IMG/VR virus record: IMGVR_UViG_3300000970_000001 | Coordinates: 1 to 64,000 of that record | Length of the DNA: 64,000 nt | Reading direction: 5' to 3' (one strand) | Source: a virus | Shown: positions 19,994-30,028 of the stretch, piece after piece | Numbering within the stretch: position 1 is the stretch's first letter | Layout of the letters: each line of letters starts with the position of its first letter | The notes under the pieces: model-generated | Database searches by the model: none | Seen by the model: the letters and a program-made list of their open reading frames with translations, nothing else | What the model was told of the DNA's origin: nothing | Made by a program: the position numbers and the translations under genes

Positions 19994-20878
19994 ATGTCAG
20001 ACTTTAATAACGACTTTAATCCTGACTTTAGACTACCACCGTCCTCTTCTGGTGGTGGCGACTTTAACTCTGACTTTTCTTCAGACTTTTTAACTGAAGA
20101 TAGTATAAGATTTCCAGCTAAAGAATTTAGTATTGGTAAACCATCGTTTACAGTATCTACTGGAGCGCAGGTTTTACTACCTGCTAAAGAATTTAATTTA
20201 AGTTTACCTTTACCTATTATAGAAAATAGAACATCTGTAGAGGTTGTATTTAATACTACTAAAGAATTTAGTATTACTAAACCTGTTCCGACTATTATTT
20301 ACCCAATATATTTAAGTTTTCCTAGTAAAGAGTTTTCTTTAGGTAGACCTACATTTAATGTTTATAACTTAAAGGTAATAAGCTGGTCTGGAGGTTCTAA
20401 CCCAGAAGAGCATATTGTTGACTCTAAGAAACTTGATGCTGATGCCTATGTAGATTTATTTCAGATTACATTAAATGATAAATCTACTAGCGTTTACTTG
20501 AAGGATAATAATGACGTAACATGGCAAGGTAACCTATACGAAGGAACAGGTATTAAGATCGAAGGTGTTGCTACATACTCCGATGATCAAACCTCTAGAC
20601 CTACCCTAAGTTTATACAACCCTGCAGGAGTTTACTCTTCTTTAGTTGACAAAGGACTACTAGATAATGCTACTATAGTTAGAACAAGAGTGCTGAAACA
20701 ACATATTGATAACGATCAACCTATCTCTAGAAGTCAACAATGGAGAGTTAGTAGGGTTGCTAGCTTAAGAAGTAACTTTATCTCTCTTGAATTAAGGGAT
20801 ATGTTAGATGGGCAGTTCTTTTTAACACCAGGTCGGATGTTTATTCCTCCTGAGTTTCCACAGGTGAGCTTAACATAA
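19994..20878 (+). CDS. minor tail protein L-like with a repeat-containing N-terminal extension
   Basis: The C-terminal ~165 aa (DADAYVDLFQITL...WQGNLYEG...RPTLSLYNP...ATIVRTRV) resemble lambda gpL. Confidence 0.65.
   Translation: MSDFNNDFNPDFRLPPSSSGGGDFNSDFSSDFLTEDSIRFPAKEFSIGKPSFTVSTGAQVLLPAKEFNLSLPLPIIENRTSVEVVFNTTKEFSITKPVPTIIYPIYLSFPSKEFSLGRPTFNVYNLKVISWSGGSNPEEHIVDSKKLDADAYVDLFQITLNDKSTSVYLKDNNDVTWQGNLYEGTGIKIEGVATYSDDQTSRPTLSLYNPAGVYSSLVDKGLLDNATIVRTRVLKQHIDNDQPISRSQQWRVSRVASLRSNFISLELRDMLDGQFFLTPGRMFIPPEFPQVSLT
20111..20362 (+). repeat. four tandem ~22-25 codon repeats (P-x-KEF-S/N-I/L-x-K/R-P)
   Basis: The peptides FPAKEFSIGKPSF, LPAKEFNLSLPLP, TTKEFSITKPVP and FPSKEFSLGRPTF are visible, as is the repeated nucleotide string AAAGAATTTA. 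Confidence 0.7.
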
Positions 20879-21393
20879 TGGACACGAATAAATTTAACTA
20901 TCTAGAGGGTCTGGAGTTCATACATGGAACTCAAGATTGTTACAGCTTACTTAGAAGGGTGTACAAGGAATTTTTAGATATAGAATTAACTGACTATGCT
21001 CGGCCTGACGACTGGTGGCTCACTAATAAATCTCTTTATGTGGAAAATTTTAAGAACGAGGGTTTTAAACTTATAGAAGATTTTGACGTTAATGACGTAA
21101 AATTATTTGATGTTTTTTTAATTGCTTTACCAGATAACAGAATACGAGAGGGTGTTGTACCTCCCAATCACTGTGCAATTTATATTGGTGATGGTAAAAT
21201 CATACACCATAGACTTGGTAAAAACAGTCAGATAAAACCATATCAAGGTATGTTAAAAAACTTTACTACACACATTATACGGCATAGTGAGGTTACTATA
21301 AAACAACCTAAAGCCCAAAAAGTAGACCTAAGTAAATATATCTTACCTGAGAAACGTAGGTTGATAGAGGAGACTTTAAAAAATGAAAGTTAA
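20878..21393 (+). CDS. NlpC/P60 cysteine peptidase domain tail protein (gpK C-terminal-like)
   Basis: Carries GTQDCYSLLRRVY (catalytic Cys) and NHCAIYIGDGKIIHH (His). Confidence 0.65.
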   Translation: MDTNKFNYLEGLEFIHGTQDCYSLLRRVYKEFLDIELTDYARPDDWWLTNKSLYVENFKNEGFKLIEDFDVNDVKLFDVFLIALPDNRIREGVVPPNHCAIYIGDGKIIHHRLGKNSQIKPYQGMLKNFTTHIIRHSEVTIKQPKAQKVDLSKYILPEKRRLIEETLKNES

Positions 21394-21718
21394 AGACTTA
21401 GAAGACTTGTATGAAGACGGTCCTGAAAGAGTTGGCTTTATAATTGATGATTGTATTATAGAAGTTGATAATATATGTGCCGATCCTGAGCAGGGTTTTA
21501 TGATTAAGACTGAAGATATATTACAATATGCTGATATAGCTACGGCAACATGGCATACACATCCTAATGTAAACTCTAATATATCTGATGAAGACTATGT
21601 AACAGTAAAAAACTGGCCTAAGTTAGTACACTATATTATAGGAAATGATGGGGTTTCATGCTATAAATATGATCAAGATTTAAAGGCAGTTGTTAAGGTA
21701 GATAATGGCGAGAGTTAA
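21383..21718 (+). CDS. MPN/JAMM metalloprotease domain tail protein (gpK N-terminal-like)
   Basis: Carries the JAMM motif H-T-H-P-x7-S-x2-D in ATWHTHPNVNSNISDED. Confidence 0.65.
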   Translation: MKVKDLEDLYEDGPERVGFIIDDCIIEVDNICADPEQGFMIKTEDILQYADIATATWHTHPNVNSNISDEDYVTVKNWPKLVHYIIGNDGVSCYKYDQDLKAVVKVDNGES

Positions 21719-22289
21719 AATTGTACTACATGGTTATTTTAAGGACCTGTATGACGAAGAAATTTACTTAGAAGGAAACGATGTTGCTGAAATCATTAAT
21801 GGTTTTTGTAAGCAAACAGGTGCGTTTGACGTTGGTCCTAATGAGGAAAAACATCACGTAAGAGTACATGGCTTTGATGACGAAGACAGCTTATACTCTC
21901 CTTTGCCAGTAGATACAGAAGAATTACATTTAATTCCAGACATACGTGGTGGTAAAGGTGGTGGCTTTTTGAAGGTTGTAATTGGTGTTGTGTTGATTGC
22001 TGCGGCAATCTTGTTACCACCAGTTGGGCTTGCTGCAGGTGTTACATTAAACAGTATTGTATTTGGTATTGGAGCTAGCTTGGTTTTGGGAGGGCTTTTA
22101 GAGTTACTTAGTCCTGCACCTCAAGTGGATACCTTACCAGAAAATCAAGACCCTGAGGCTTCTAAGTATCTAGGAGCTGATCAAAACACAGTTAAAATAG
22201 GGACAAGGATACCTTTGCTATACGGTAAACACCAAGCATTTGGTCACTATTTATCATTTAACGTAGACGCTAAAGATGTCTCACTATAG
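21705..22289 (+). CDS. tail assembly protein I-like
   Basis: 194 aa: an N-terminal ubiquitin-like part, then GGKGGGFLKVVIGVVLIAAAILLPP and a hydrophobic C-terminal half, as in lambda gpI. Confidence 0.7.
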   Translation: MARVKIVLHGYFKDLYDEEIYLEGNDVAEIINGFCKQTGAFDVGPNEEKHHVRVHGFDDEDSLYSPLPVDTEELHLIPDIRGGKGGGFLKVVIGVVLIAAAILLPPVGLAAGVTLNSIVFGIGASLVLGGLLELLSPAPQVDTLPENQDPEASKYLGADQNTVKIGTRIPLLYGKHQAFGHYLSFNVDAKDVSL

Positions 22290-22298
22290 GAGCTTAAA

Positions 22299-23543
22299 GT
22301 GAAATTTACTGAAGAACAAATTTTAAGAATAAAAGAAAAGTACGAAGAACTTTCTAATCAAACTGAAACTGCTAGAATTCTTTCAGAAGAATTTGGTTTC
22401 CCAGTGCGTAGACAAAATATTAGTTACTGGCTCAGCCAAGATGCTGATGATGTTCCTTTGTCTGAAGACCAAGAGAAAATTAAAGATGCAACTCGTGATG
22501 AGTGTATTGCCTTAATACGAGAGTTTGCTGAAGCTAATCCCGAACAAATTATCACTCGTAACTTTTTTAGAAACAATTCACCATTGGCTGAATCAGCATG
22601 GACGCAACACTTTGGTACGTTTGAAGAATTTAAGAGACAAGCGGACATTAAATTAACTAGACATGCTCGTAAAATGGAAATGGATATTGCTCGTCACGCT
22701 TCCATTGATAACTATCGTGCTATGAATGATCAGAAGATGGATTGGAATGAATCTTATCTTAAACCTAACGATGCTAGATTTCAGACTGTTATGGTTTGCT
22801 CAGACGTTCACGATGTCGAGTGTGATCCTTTCTGGCGTTATCTATGGATAGAAACCCTAACGCGTGTCCAACCTAATAAGATTGTCTTAAATGGAGATAT
22901 GTTTGATTTACCTGAATTTGGTAAATATGACACTGATCCAAGGGAATGGGATGTTGTAGGTCGTATTAAGTGGGTACATACTTTCTTAGAAGACATGAGA
23001 GAAGCTTGTCCCGATGCTGAAATGATCTTCGTAGAAGGTAATCACGAATACCGTATGCTTCGTCATTTGTCTGAGTCTACTCCAGCTATGAAAGCCATTC
23101 TATCAGACTTACATGGTTTCACAGTACCTAAGTTATTGGGTTTAGATAAGTTTGAAGTTAATTATGTTGCCCCTGCTGATCTTGCTGTATTCACACAGTC
23201 GAATATGAAAGCTGAAATTAAGAGAAACTGGACGACATTGTATGACTGTTTATTGGCTCATCACTTTCCACAGGGGCGTGCATTAGGAATGCCAGGTTGG
23301 AACGGTCATCACCATAAGCATATCGTATGGCCTGAGGCTAACGCCATGTTCGGAGCTTACGAATGGCATCAACTTGGTGGTGGTCATAAACGTGAAGCTT
23401 CTTACTGTAATGGAGAAGTTTGGAGCAACGGATTTCTTATAGTCCATGTCGATACACAAGACAAACGCTCTCAATTCGAGTATATTGATACTACGAATGA
23501 TCACGTTGTAATTGGTGGTAAATGGTATGGTAGAGACGACTAG
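22299..23543 (+). CDS. HTH-containing calcineurin-like metallophosphoesterase
   Basis: GTG start with GGAG 7 nt upstream. Motifs are CSDVHD, NGDMFD, EGNHEY and GHHHKH. The N-terminus is HTH-like (ETARILSEEFGFPVRRQNISYW). Confidence 0.7.
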   Translation: MKFTEEQILRIKEKYEELSNQTETARILSEEFGFPVRRQNISYWLSQDADDVPLSEDQEKIKDATRDECIALIREFAEANPEQIITRNFFRNNSPLAESAWTQHFGTFEEFKRQADIKLTRHARKMEMDIARHASIDNYRAMNDQKMDWNESYLKPNDARFQTVMVCSDVHDVECDPFWRYLWIETLTRVQPNKIVLNGDMFDLPEFGKYDTDPREWDVVGRIKWVHTFLEDMREACPDAEMIFVEGNHEYRMLRHLSESTPAMKAILSDLHGFTVPKLLGLDKFEVNYVAPADLAVFTQSNMKAEIKRNWTTLYDCLLAHHFPQGRALGMPGWNGHHHKHIVWPEANAMFGAYEWHQLGGGHKREASYCNGEVWSNGFLIVHVDTQDKRSQFEYIDTTNDHVVIGGKWYGRDD

Positions 23544-26500
23544 TGTCCTAAAAGGTAGTAAAGGTGGAGGAAGTTCTGCTCCACAGATAACACAAACTCC
23601 TGATAATTTAAGAAGTAAAGATACTTTAGAAATTATTTTAGGTATTTGTGAAGGCCCTATTTATGGTCTAGAGGATGGAGCAAAAAGTTTCCTCATTGGG
23701 GACACTAAACTACAAAACGAAAACGGCTTGTATAACTTTAATGCTTTCGATTTAAGAATCTTAGAAGGCGAAGACGATCCACAGGAAGTCGTTCCTGCTT
23801 TAGGGGGTACTGCTAGTAACCAAGCGGTTAATTTGGAACTCTCTTCTGATGTAGGAGTTGTCAGACAGACTACCTCTGGTCAAATTGACTACATCGAGGT
23901 AAGGCTTGCCTTTAATCGTTTAATGAAATCAACTGATAAAGGTACTTTTAATGCCTCAGTAAAATTCAGAATTGAATACAAGCCCGTTTCTTCAAACAGT
24001 TGGACTAAGGTTTATGGTGATGATATCACTATTTCTGGTAAGACTACAAGCACTTACGCTAAAGAAATAAGACAGGCAGTTGAAAGAATTAACGAGCCTT
24101 ATGAAATTCGGGTTACTAAGTTAAGTAGTGAAAATACTACCTCTTATTTTGCTGATATGACTTGGGAAAGCTATCAAGAAATTATACAACAAAGACCGTC
24201 TTATCCTAACACTGCTATTGCTCACTTAGTTGGAGAAGCCAGTGACCAGTTTTCAAGTATTCCTAATTTCAAAGGAATTTATAAAGGACTACTTGTCAAA
24301 GTCCCATCTAATTATGATCCTATAACTAGACTTTATTTAGGAATATGGGACGGTACTTTTAATGTGGCGTGGACTGATAATCCTGCATGGATTCTATATG
24401 ATTTCATAATGAATGATCGTTATGGTATTAAGTCTTATTACTCTGACATTAACTTAGATAAATACGATGTCTATGAGGCTGGTGTATGGTGTGATGAAAT
24501 GGTTCCTGATGGTAAAGGAGGAACTCAACCTCGTTACACTTTCAATTCTTATATTACCGAACCTCGTTCAGGTAAAGAACTAGCCAAGTACATAGCTGGT
24601 TCATTTAACGCTACATTTTTTGATGACTTAAATGGTAAAGCTTACCTAAGAGTAGATAAAGATGATTCAGCCAACCACATTTTTCAACCTGAGAATACGT
24701 TTGATGGTGGTTTTGAATATAGTTATGTTGATGTCTCAACTCGATACAATGACATTACCGTTACCTTTAGAAACCCAGATTTAGATTGGGTTGTAGATAG
24801 ACGTAGAGTTTTTGATCAGGAATTGATAGATAAGAACGGACGTATTCCATTAGACTTTGTGGCTGTTGGTTGTATTGATGAGCATGAAGCTATTCGCAGA
24901 ACACAACATAAATTAATTACTGCTAACACTGAAGTCTGTTTGGTTAATTTTACGACAAATAGATTAGGTCAATTTGTTAATGTGTTTGACACTATATTAG
25001 TTGCTGATCCTGATATGGGATACAGTGTAACGGGTCGTATTGACTCTGTTTCAGGTGATGGTCTAACTATTAATTTAAGAGATCAAGTTTATATAGAATT
25101 AGGAGTAGAATACGATCTACAGATCGTACAGTCCGATGGAGCAATGGTAACTATACCTGTTAGTAGTTCACAGGCCTCAGGTTATACGAATGAAATTACT
25201 CTTGCTGGTGCTTTAAATTTATCATTAATACCTGAGAATACTACTTTCTCTTTACAGAATTCTGTTAACGTAGGTCTACCTAGACCATTTAGAGTACTTA
25301 GCGTTGAAGAAGACGATGGACATCCAGACAAATACAAAATCTCTGGTATCAATATCAACAGAAACAAGTGGTATGATGCTGATAATGTTACGAATTCAGG
25401 TACAATTCAGTATGCTGTTCTACCAAATCCATTCGATCCACTTGGTCCAACCACAGTTGGTTTAGAAGAAAAATATGTTAAAGATTTAAAACAATATCAT
25501 ATTACAATTTCTCCAACATTTCCTAGGGAGCAATATAAATATTATACTAACGATCACTCTTTTGAAGTTTGGTCGAGAGAAAAAGACAGCGGTGATGCTT
25601 TTGTTAAGAGACAAGTTCTGTATGGCGACACCTTAGTGGACCATCCTGCAGGTACATATGACTTTAAGATACTTGGTAAATCATATTTAGGTTCTACCAC
25701 TAGACTAGAGGCAGCTCCTACTTATGTATTCCAAGTTACCAATCCTGCTGATCCACCTGCTGATGTCGAATGGGTAAAGATCAATGAGCGAGAAGTTTAT
25801 TGGGGTTACGATACACCACCAACAGACTTTGCTGGGTTTAAAGTACGTTATCACAACCAAGCAGGTCGAACAACATGGTTTGATGCTGCCAGACCGCATG
25901 AAGGTATTTTAACTCAAACATCGTTCTATACTAATCTAATTCCACCATCAGCTAGAACAATTTTAGTTAAGGCTGTAGATGACTTTGGTATTGAGTCTGT
26001 AAACTCTGCTATTATTTATCGTGATGCAGGTCAGGTATCTTTACGCAATGTGGTTGAACAATTTGATTTTCATACGGTATTTAATGGTACTAAGTCTGGT
26101 TGTGCTGTAGTAGATGATGAACTTGTAGCGACTGATACTGGTGGGTTGATGTATTCAGATAATCCAGTTACTGCTATGTATTCAGGTGGACAATTTTACA
26201 GTGCCAGTTATAACAGTATGGTCTATTATCCAGTAATGAATGTAACTGGTAATGGTAGTTTGACAATTGATATAGACTCAGATAACAATGGCTACCAAAT
26301 TGACTTACGTGAAACGGGAGAAACCAACTGGTCACAGGTTCCTAATAATTTAGACGTTGAGGCTGGCAACTATGAACTTAGGGTTACTTTGTTTGGAGGA
26401 GCTAACCGTGGGATTATAAGAACTCTAAGTGCTATAGTAGATGTTGCTGATATTGAGGAAACGCTTAATGACGTTACTATTCCTGCTACTGCTTTCAGAA

Positions 26501-26688
26501 TAACCCCTACTAAACAATACTCGACCATTAAGACAGTATCTGTTATTATTCAGAATGATGGTTCTTCAACAGCGGTATTTCCTAGAGTCATTGATAAAGA
26601 TGCATTATTAGGACCAGAAATAGAACTATTAGATATAAACGGAGCAGTGACTAGCGGCTTAGTTGACGTAGTTATAAAAGGATTTTAA
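23512..26688 (+). CDS. host specificity / central tail fibre protein J-like
   Basis: 1058 aa. It carries NPAWILYDFIMNDRYG and an N-terminal KGSKGGGSS, typical of gpJ-type tip proteins. An alternative start at ATG 23527 is possible. Confidence 0.88.
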   Translation: MVVNGMVETTSVLKGSKGGGSSAPQITQTPDNLRSKDTLEIILGICEGPIYGLEDGAKSFLIGDTKLQNENGLYNFNAFDLRILEGEDDPQEVVPALGGTASNQAVNLELSSDVGVVRQTTSGQIDYIEVRLAFNRLMKSTDKGTFNASVKFRIEYKPVSSNSWTKVYGDDITISGKTTSTYAKEIRQAVERINEPYEIRVTKLSSENTTSYFADMTWESYQEIIQQRPSYPNTAIAHLVGEASDQFSSIPNFKGIYKGLLVKVPSNYDPITRLYLGIWDGTFNVAWTDNPAWILYDFIMNDRYGIKSYYSDINLDKYDVYEAGVWCDEMVPDGKGGTQPRYTFNSYITEPRSGKELAKYIAGSFNATFFDDLNGKAYLRVDKDDSANHIFQPENTFDGGFEYSYVDVSTRYNDITVTFRNPDLDWVVDRRRVFDQELIDKNGRIPLDFVAVGCIDEHEAIRRTQHKLITANTEVCLVNFTTNRLGQFVNVFDTILVADPDMGYSVTGRIDSVSGDGLTINLRDQVYIELGVEYDLQIVQSDGAMVTIPVSSSQASGYTNEITLAGALNLSLIPENTTFSLQNSVNVGLPRPFRVLSVEEDDGHPDKYKISGININRNKWYDADNVTNSGTIQYAVLPNPFDPLGPTTVGLEEKYVKDLKQYHITISPTFPREQYKYYTNDHSFEVWSREKDSGDAFVKRQVLYGDTLVDHPAGTYDFKILGKSYLGSTTRLEAAPTYVFQVTNPADPPADVEWVKINEREVYWGYDTPPTDFAGFKVRYHNQAGRTTWFDAARPHEGILTQTSFYTNLIPPSARTILVKAVDDFGIESVNSAIIYRDAGQVSLRNVVEQFDFHTVFNGTKSGCAVVDDELVATDTGGLMYSDNPVTAMYSGGQFYSASYNSMVYYPVMNVTGNGSLTIDIDSDNNGYQIDLRETGETNWSQVPNNLDVEAGNYELRVTLFGGANRGIIRTLSAIVDVADIEETLNDVTIPATAFRITPTKQYSTIKTVSVIIQNDGSSTAVFPRVIDKDALLGPEIELLDINGAVTSGLVDVVIKGF

Positions 26689-28014
26689 ATGACAGACTTA
26701 CCTAATTTACAACATTTAGTCGGTGGAACAGCTACAGAAGCTGAGTTCCAAGGGGCTATGAGTGATCTGTATGAAATAATCTCAGAGATAGCAGGAGTTC
26801 AAGCTCCTGAGGATTTATCTATTACACTCGGTGCTATTACTCCTAACCAAGGTTTTTGTATCGTAGATACTGAAAATGCCGCACCTACGGACACTCTTTC
26901 TAATATTGCTTCAACCAATTTAGGAGAAAAAATATTAATTCTTCAAGCTAAGTCTACTGCTAGACCTATAGTGCTACAACACAACGCTTCAGGTTCAGGA
27001 AAGATTAGTTTAATCGGTGGAGTTGATGCCAGTCTATCTGACGTTAGGCAGTTAACAGTTTTAAGATATAACGATTCAGATTCAACATGGTATGAACTAT
27101 GGAATAACTATAGTATTTTTGCTCCAACAGCAAGTATTAAAGCTCTCGTTAGAGACTCTATTGGAGTAACTGATGTTGCTACTAAAAGTATTGGGACACT
27201 CTCTGATCAAATACCTACAGCAAGCCTACTCGGTGGTTTAGCATTTTTAAGCACTATTACTTCAAATCAGTTAGGTAGTAACTCTGTTATTACTTCTAAG
27301 ATACTTGATAGAAACGTAACTTTAAATAAAATGGCACAGGGTTCACCAGGGAAATACATTGGGTATAATACACAAGGTAATCCTGTAGCTTTGGACGTAG
27401 ACATACCGAACCCAGGCGGTAGAGAAATGTTCGACACCGCTGGTACATTTTCATTCGATTGTTCTGAAATTGAAGGATTTGTAAAAGTAACTGTACATGG
27501 AGCTGGTGGTGGTGGTGGCCATCCTACTACGGGTGGTAACGGTAATGCAGGTGGAAGAGGGGAAACTTCTGCATTTGGAGAGTTTGTATCAGCAACAGGT
27601 GGTTTTGGAGGACTAGGAGCGATTACTTCTTCAGCTTCATCTACCAGAGCGGGTGGTACAGGTATTGATGGTGACTTTAACTATGATGGTGAAGCAGGAA
27701 CATGTGATGACGCTGGAACTTCATACGGTGGACTAGGAGCTATTTATTTTGGTTCTGGAACAAGACCTTCTAGAACTATATCAAATAATACTGTATCAGG
27801 ACCCGCTGCTATTATGGAGTATGGTTCAGGTGGAGCTTCAGGTCAAAGATATAACAGAACATTTAGACCAGGCGCAGGTGGTGGAGGTATGGCAATTAAA
27901 TGGGTAGATGTCACTAACTTACAAACTGTGGAAGTTATAGTAGGTGAAGGTGGAATACGAGGTGGAACAAACTCTGTCCATGGTACTGCTGGTTTTGTAA
28001 TGATTGAATGGTAA
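26689..28014 (+). CDS. tail fibre protein with a glycine-rich C-terminal domain
   Basis: 441 aa following the J-like gene. The C-terminal half is Gly-rich (HGAGGGGGHPTTGGNGNAGGRG...) and ends GTAGFVMIEW. Confidence 0.65.
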   Translation: MTDLPNLQHLVGGTATEAEFQGAMSDLYEIISEIAGVQAPEDLSITLGAITPNQGFCIVDTENAAPTDTLSNIASTNLGEKILILQAKSTARPIVLQHNASGSGKISLIGGVDASLSDVRQLTVLRYNDSDSTWYELWNNYSIFAPTASIKALVRDSIGVTDVATKSIGTLSDQIPTASLLGGLAFLSTITSNQLGSNSVITSKILDRNVTLNKMAQGSPGKYIGYNTQGNPVALDVDIPNPGGREMFDTAGTFSFDCSEIEGFVKVTVHGAGGGGGHPTTGGNGNAGGRGETSAFGEFVSATGGFGGLGAITSSASSTRAGGTGIDGDFNYDGEAGTCDDAGTSYGGLGAIYFGSGTRPSRTISNNTVSGPAAIMEYGSGGASGQRYNRTFRPGAGGGGMAIKWVDVTNLQTVEVIVGEGGIRGGTNSVHGTAGFVMIEW

Positions 28015-28023
28015 GGATAAAAT

Positions 28024-28557
28024 ATGTTCGCTTTAATAGATACATTAGATAACACTGTAGTGCAATATAGTAATACAAAATTTCCGTCACCAGTTAGGTT
28101 GATTTGGATTTCTGCACCCTCTAAATACGAGGGTAACTTTGATATAAAATATAATGCACAAACAGGTGCTCTATATGACCCTATGGAGACTGTTGACTTA
28201 GCTGTTATTCAAGATGAAAAGATGTCTCAAATTAAAAATTATAGGGATGAGCTTATAAACGAGGGTATAGTCTATAATGGTGTTCAAATTAAGGTTAATA
28301 GCCTTACTGAACAAAGACTTATCGGAGCAAGAGTTAAGGCTGAAGCGGATTCTAACTTTGTTATTCAAAACTGGTCAGCCGAGAATGGTTGGTTTACTTT
28401 AGATGCCGCTACTATAATAACCTTGAGCGATCTGGTTAGTGATAAAGTACAGGATTTATTTAATAAAACTAAAGCTCATGACGATAACATTAAGTTACTA
28501 GTTTCTCAAAATAATAGAGACGATCTTATCAACTATGACATAACACAAAATTGGTAG
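28024..28557 (+). CDS. tail-fibre-associated protein (DUF4376-like)
   Basis: 177 aa. The pattern KMSQIKNYRDELINEGIVYNGVQI...LTEQRLIG...L resembles fibre assembly-associated domains. This rests on memory only. Confidence 0.4.
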   Translation: MFALIDTLDNTVVQYSNTKFPSPVRLIWISAPSKYEGNFDIKYNAQTGALYDPMETVDLAVIQDEKMSQIKNYRDELINEGIVYNGVQIKVNSLTEQRLIGARVKAEADSNFVIQNWSAENGWFTLDAATIITLSDLVSDKVQDLFNKTKAHDDNIKLLVSQNNRDDLINYDITQNW

Positions 28558-28560
28558 TAT

Positions 28561-29172
28561 ATGATAATTTCTGAATCTATTATACTAGCATTAATCGGTT
28601 TTGCTGGAGTTTGCGTCACATCACTTGGCACGTTATGGTTGAAAAACAAATTAGAGAACAACAAAAAAGATGTTCATGAAACATTTTTAAATGTTATTCC
28701 TAGAATTCATGACATCTATACGATTTTAAATAAGTTAAAGTCTGAAACTAATGCTGTTAGAGTTCTAATTTTAAAAACTGAAAATAACGGTGGTAGACCT
28801 AAAGCTGGTTGTCAGTTAAAAAGTTCTGTTATATACGAGGTATGTGACTCACCACTTAAGCCTGTCAAAGACACTTGGCAGTATCAAGTTTTGGACGAGG
28901 AATACGTTCATGTTATGTCTGAGATGATGCTTGATCCTAATAAAAGAAAAGAAATTATTAGAGAAGAATTAGATCCAACTTCTATATTATATAATGTTTA
29001 TGTTGCAACCAACGTGGCAAAGAGTGTAATATACGAGATACAAGAACGTGAAAAAGAATACATATATATAAGTATAATTTATGATACACTTACTCCTCAC
29101 AGCCCTGAAGAATCTGATTCGAAAAGAATCTACATCAACCAGCTTAGACAACTCTTTAAGCAAAACGATTAG
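28561..29172 (+). CDS. hypothetical protein with an N-terminal transmembrane segment
   Basis: 203-aa ORF with the N-terminal hydrophobic helix IILALIGFAGVCVTSLGTLWL. Confidence 0.45.
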   Translation: MIISESIILALIGFAGVCVTSLGTLWLKNKLENNKKDVHETFLNVIPRIHDIYTILNKLKSETNAVRVLILKTENNGGRPKAGCQLKSSVIYEVCDSPLKPVKDTWQYQVLDEEYVHVMSEMMLDPNKRKEIIREELDPTSILYNVYVATNVAKSVIYEIQEREKEYIYISIIYDTLTPHSPEESDSKRIYINQLRQLFKQND

Positions 29173-29179
29173 GAAAGAT

Positions 29180-29743
29180 ATGAAGTTTTTTAAAAGAAAA
29201 CCACAAATTCCTGCTGAATATAACTATCTATTAGATAGTCGTAATCCTAAAATAATTCGTGAAGCTTTAAAACTATACGGTGTCAAAGAAGAAGTTGGTG
29301 TAATGAATAACCCTGAGATTATGGGTTGGGCTAAGGAAATAGGTGGATGGATAGGAGACTGGTATAATGAGGATAAGATACCTTGGTGTGGTCTTTTTAT
29401 GGCTGTTGTAGCCAAACGTGCAGGATTTTCTCATAACCAGACAGCTTTGTCGGCATTAAAGTGGAGGGCATGGGGCCAGAAAGTCTTAAAGAAAGATGTA
29501 GCTTTGGGTGATGTGGTTATCTTTAAACGTAAAGGTGGAGGGCATGTTGGTATTTACGTAGGTGAAGATCATACTTATCTACATGTTTTAGGTGGTAACC
29601 AGTCTGATGCTGTTAATATTATAAGAATCAATAAGAATAGACTACATGCTGTACGTAGATGTAAATGGAAATGGAGTCAACCTACTAGCGTTCGTAAAGT
29701 ATTTCTAAGTGCTAAAGGTCAAATCTCTTTCAATGAGGTTTAA
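29180..29743 (+). CDS. endolysin, NlpC/P60-CHAP-like (TIGR02594-type) cell wall hydrolase
   Basis: Motifs PWCGLFMAVV, GGGHVGIYVG and LGGNQSDAV. The start was moved to ATG 29180 (AGGAAAG RBS) from track 29081, which overlaps the previous gene. Confidence 0.65.
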   Translation: MKFFKRKPQIPAEYNYLLDSRNPKIIREALKLYGVKEEVGVMNNPEIMGWAKEIGGWIGDWYNEDKIPWCGLFMAVVAKRAGFSHNQTALSALKWRAWGQKVLKKDVALGDVVIFKRKGGGHVGIYVGEDHTYLHVLGGNQSDAVNIIRINKNRLHAVRRCKWKWSQPTSVRKVFLSAKGQISFNEV

Positions 29744-29824
29744 ACAATAGTACTATGAAGACACCCATTGTATTTACTAAAGGCGTTAAGTCTATAAGAT
29801 GGGAAGAAAATAAAGGAGAAGTCA

Positions 29825-30028
29825 ATGTTAAAGAAGATTATATTAGGTCAAGTCCGTCACTTGCTCAGCGCATCTGGTGGAGGTTTTTATATTTGGTTAA
29901 TGAACCATGGCGTGGAACCGACTGATATTGAAGCAATCGCAACTGGAGTAATTGCAGTAATTGCTGCAATCTGGTCTGGTTATGATAAATACCAACAAGA
30001 AAAACTAAAACAGAAAGAGAAAGTATAA
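29825..30028 (+). CDS. putative holin
   Basis: 67 aa with two hydrophobic segments and a charged C-terminus (KYQQEKLKQKEKV). RBS is AAAGGAGAAG, adjacent to the endolysin. Confidence 0.5.
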   Translation: MLKKIILGQVRHLLSASGGGFYIWLMNHGVEPTDIEAIATGVIAVIAAIWSGYDKYQQEKLKQKEKV

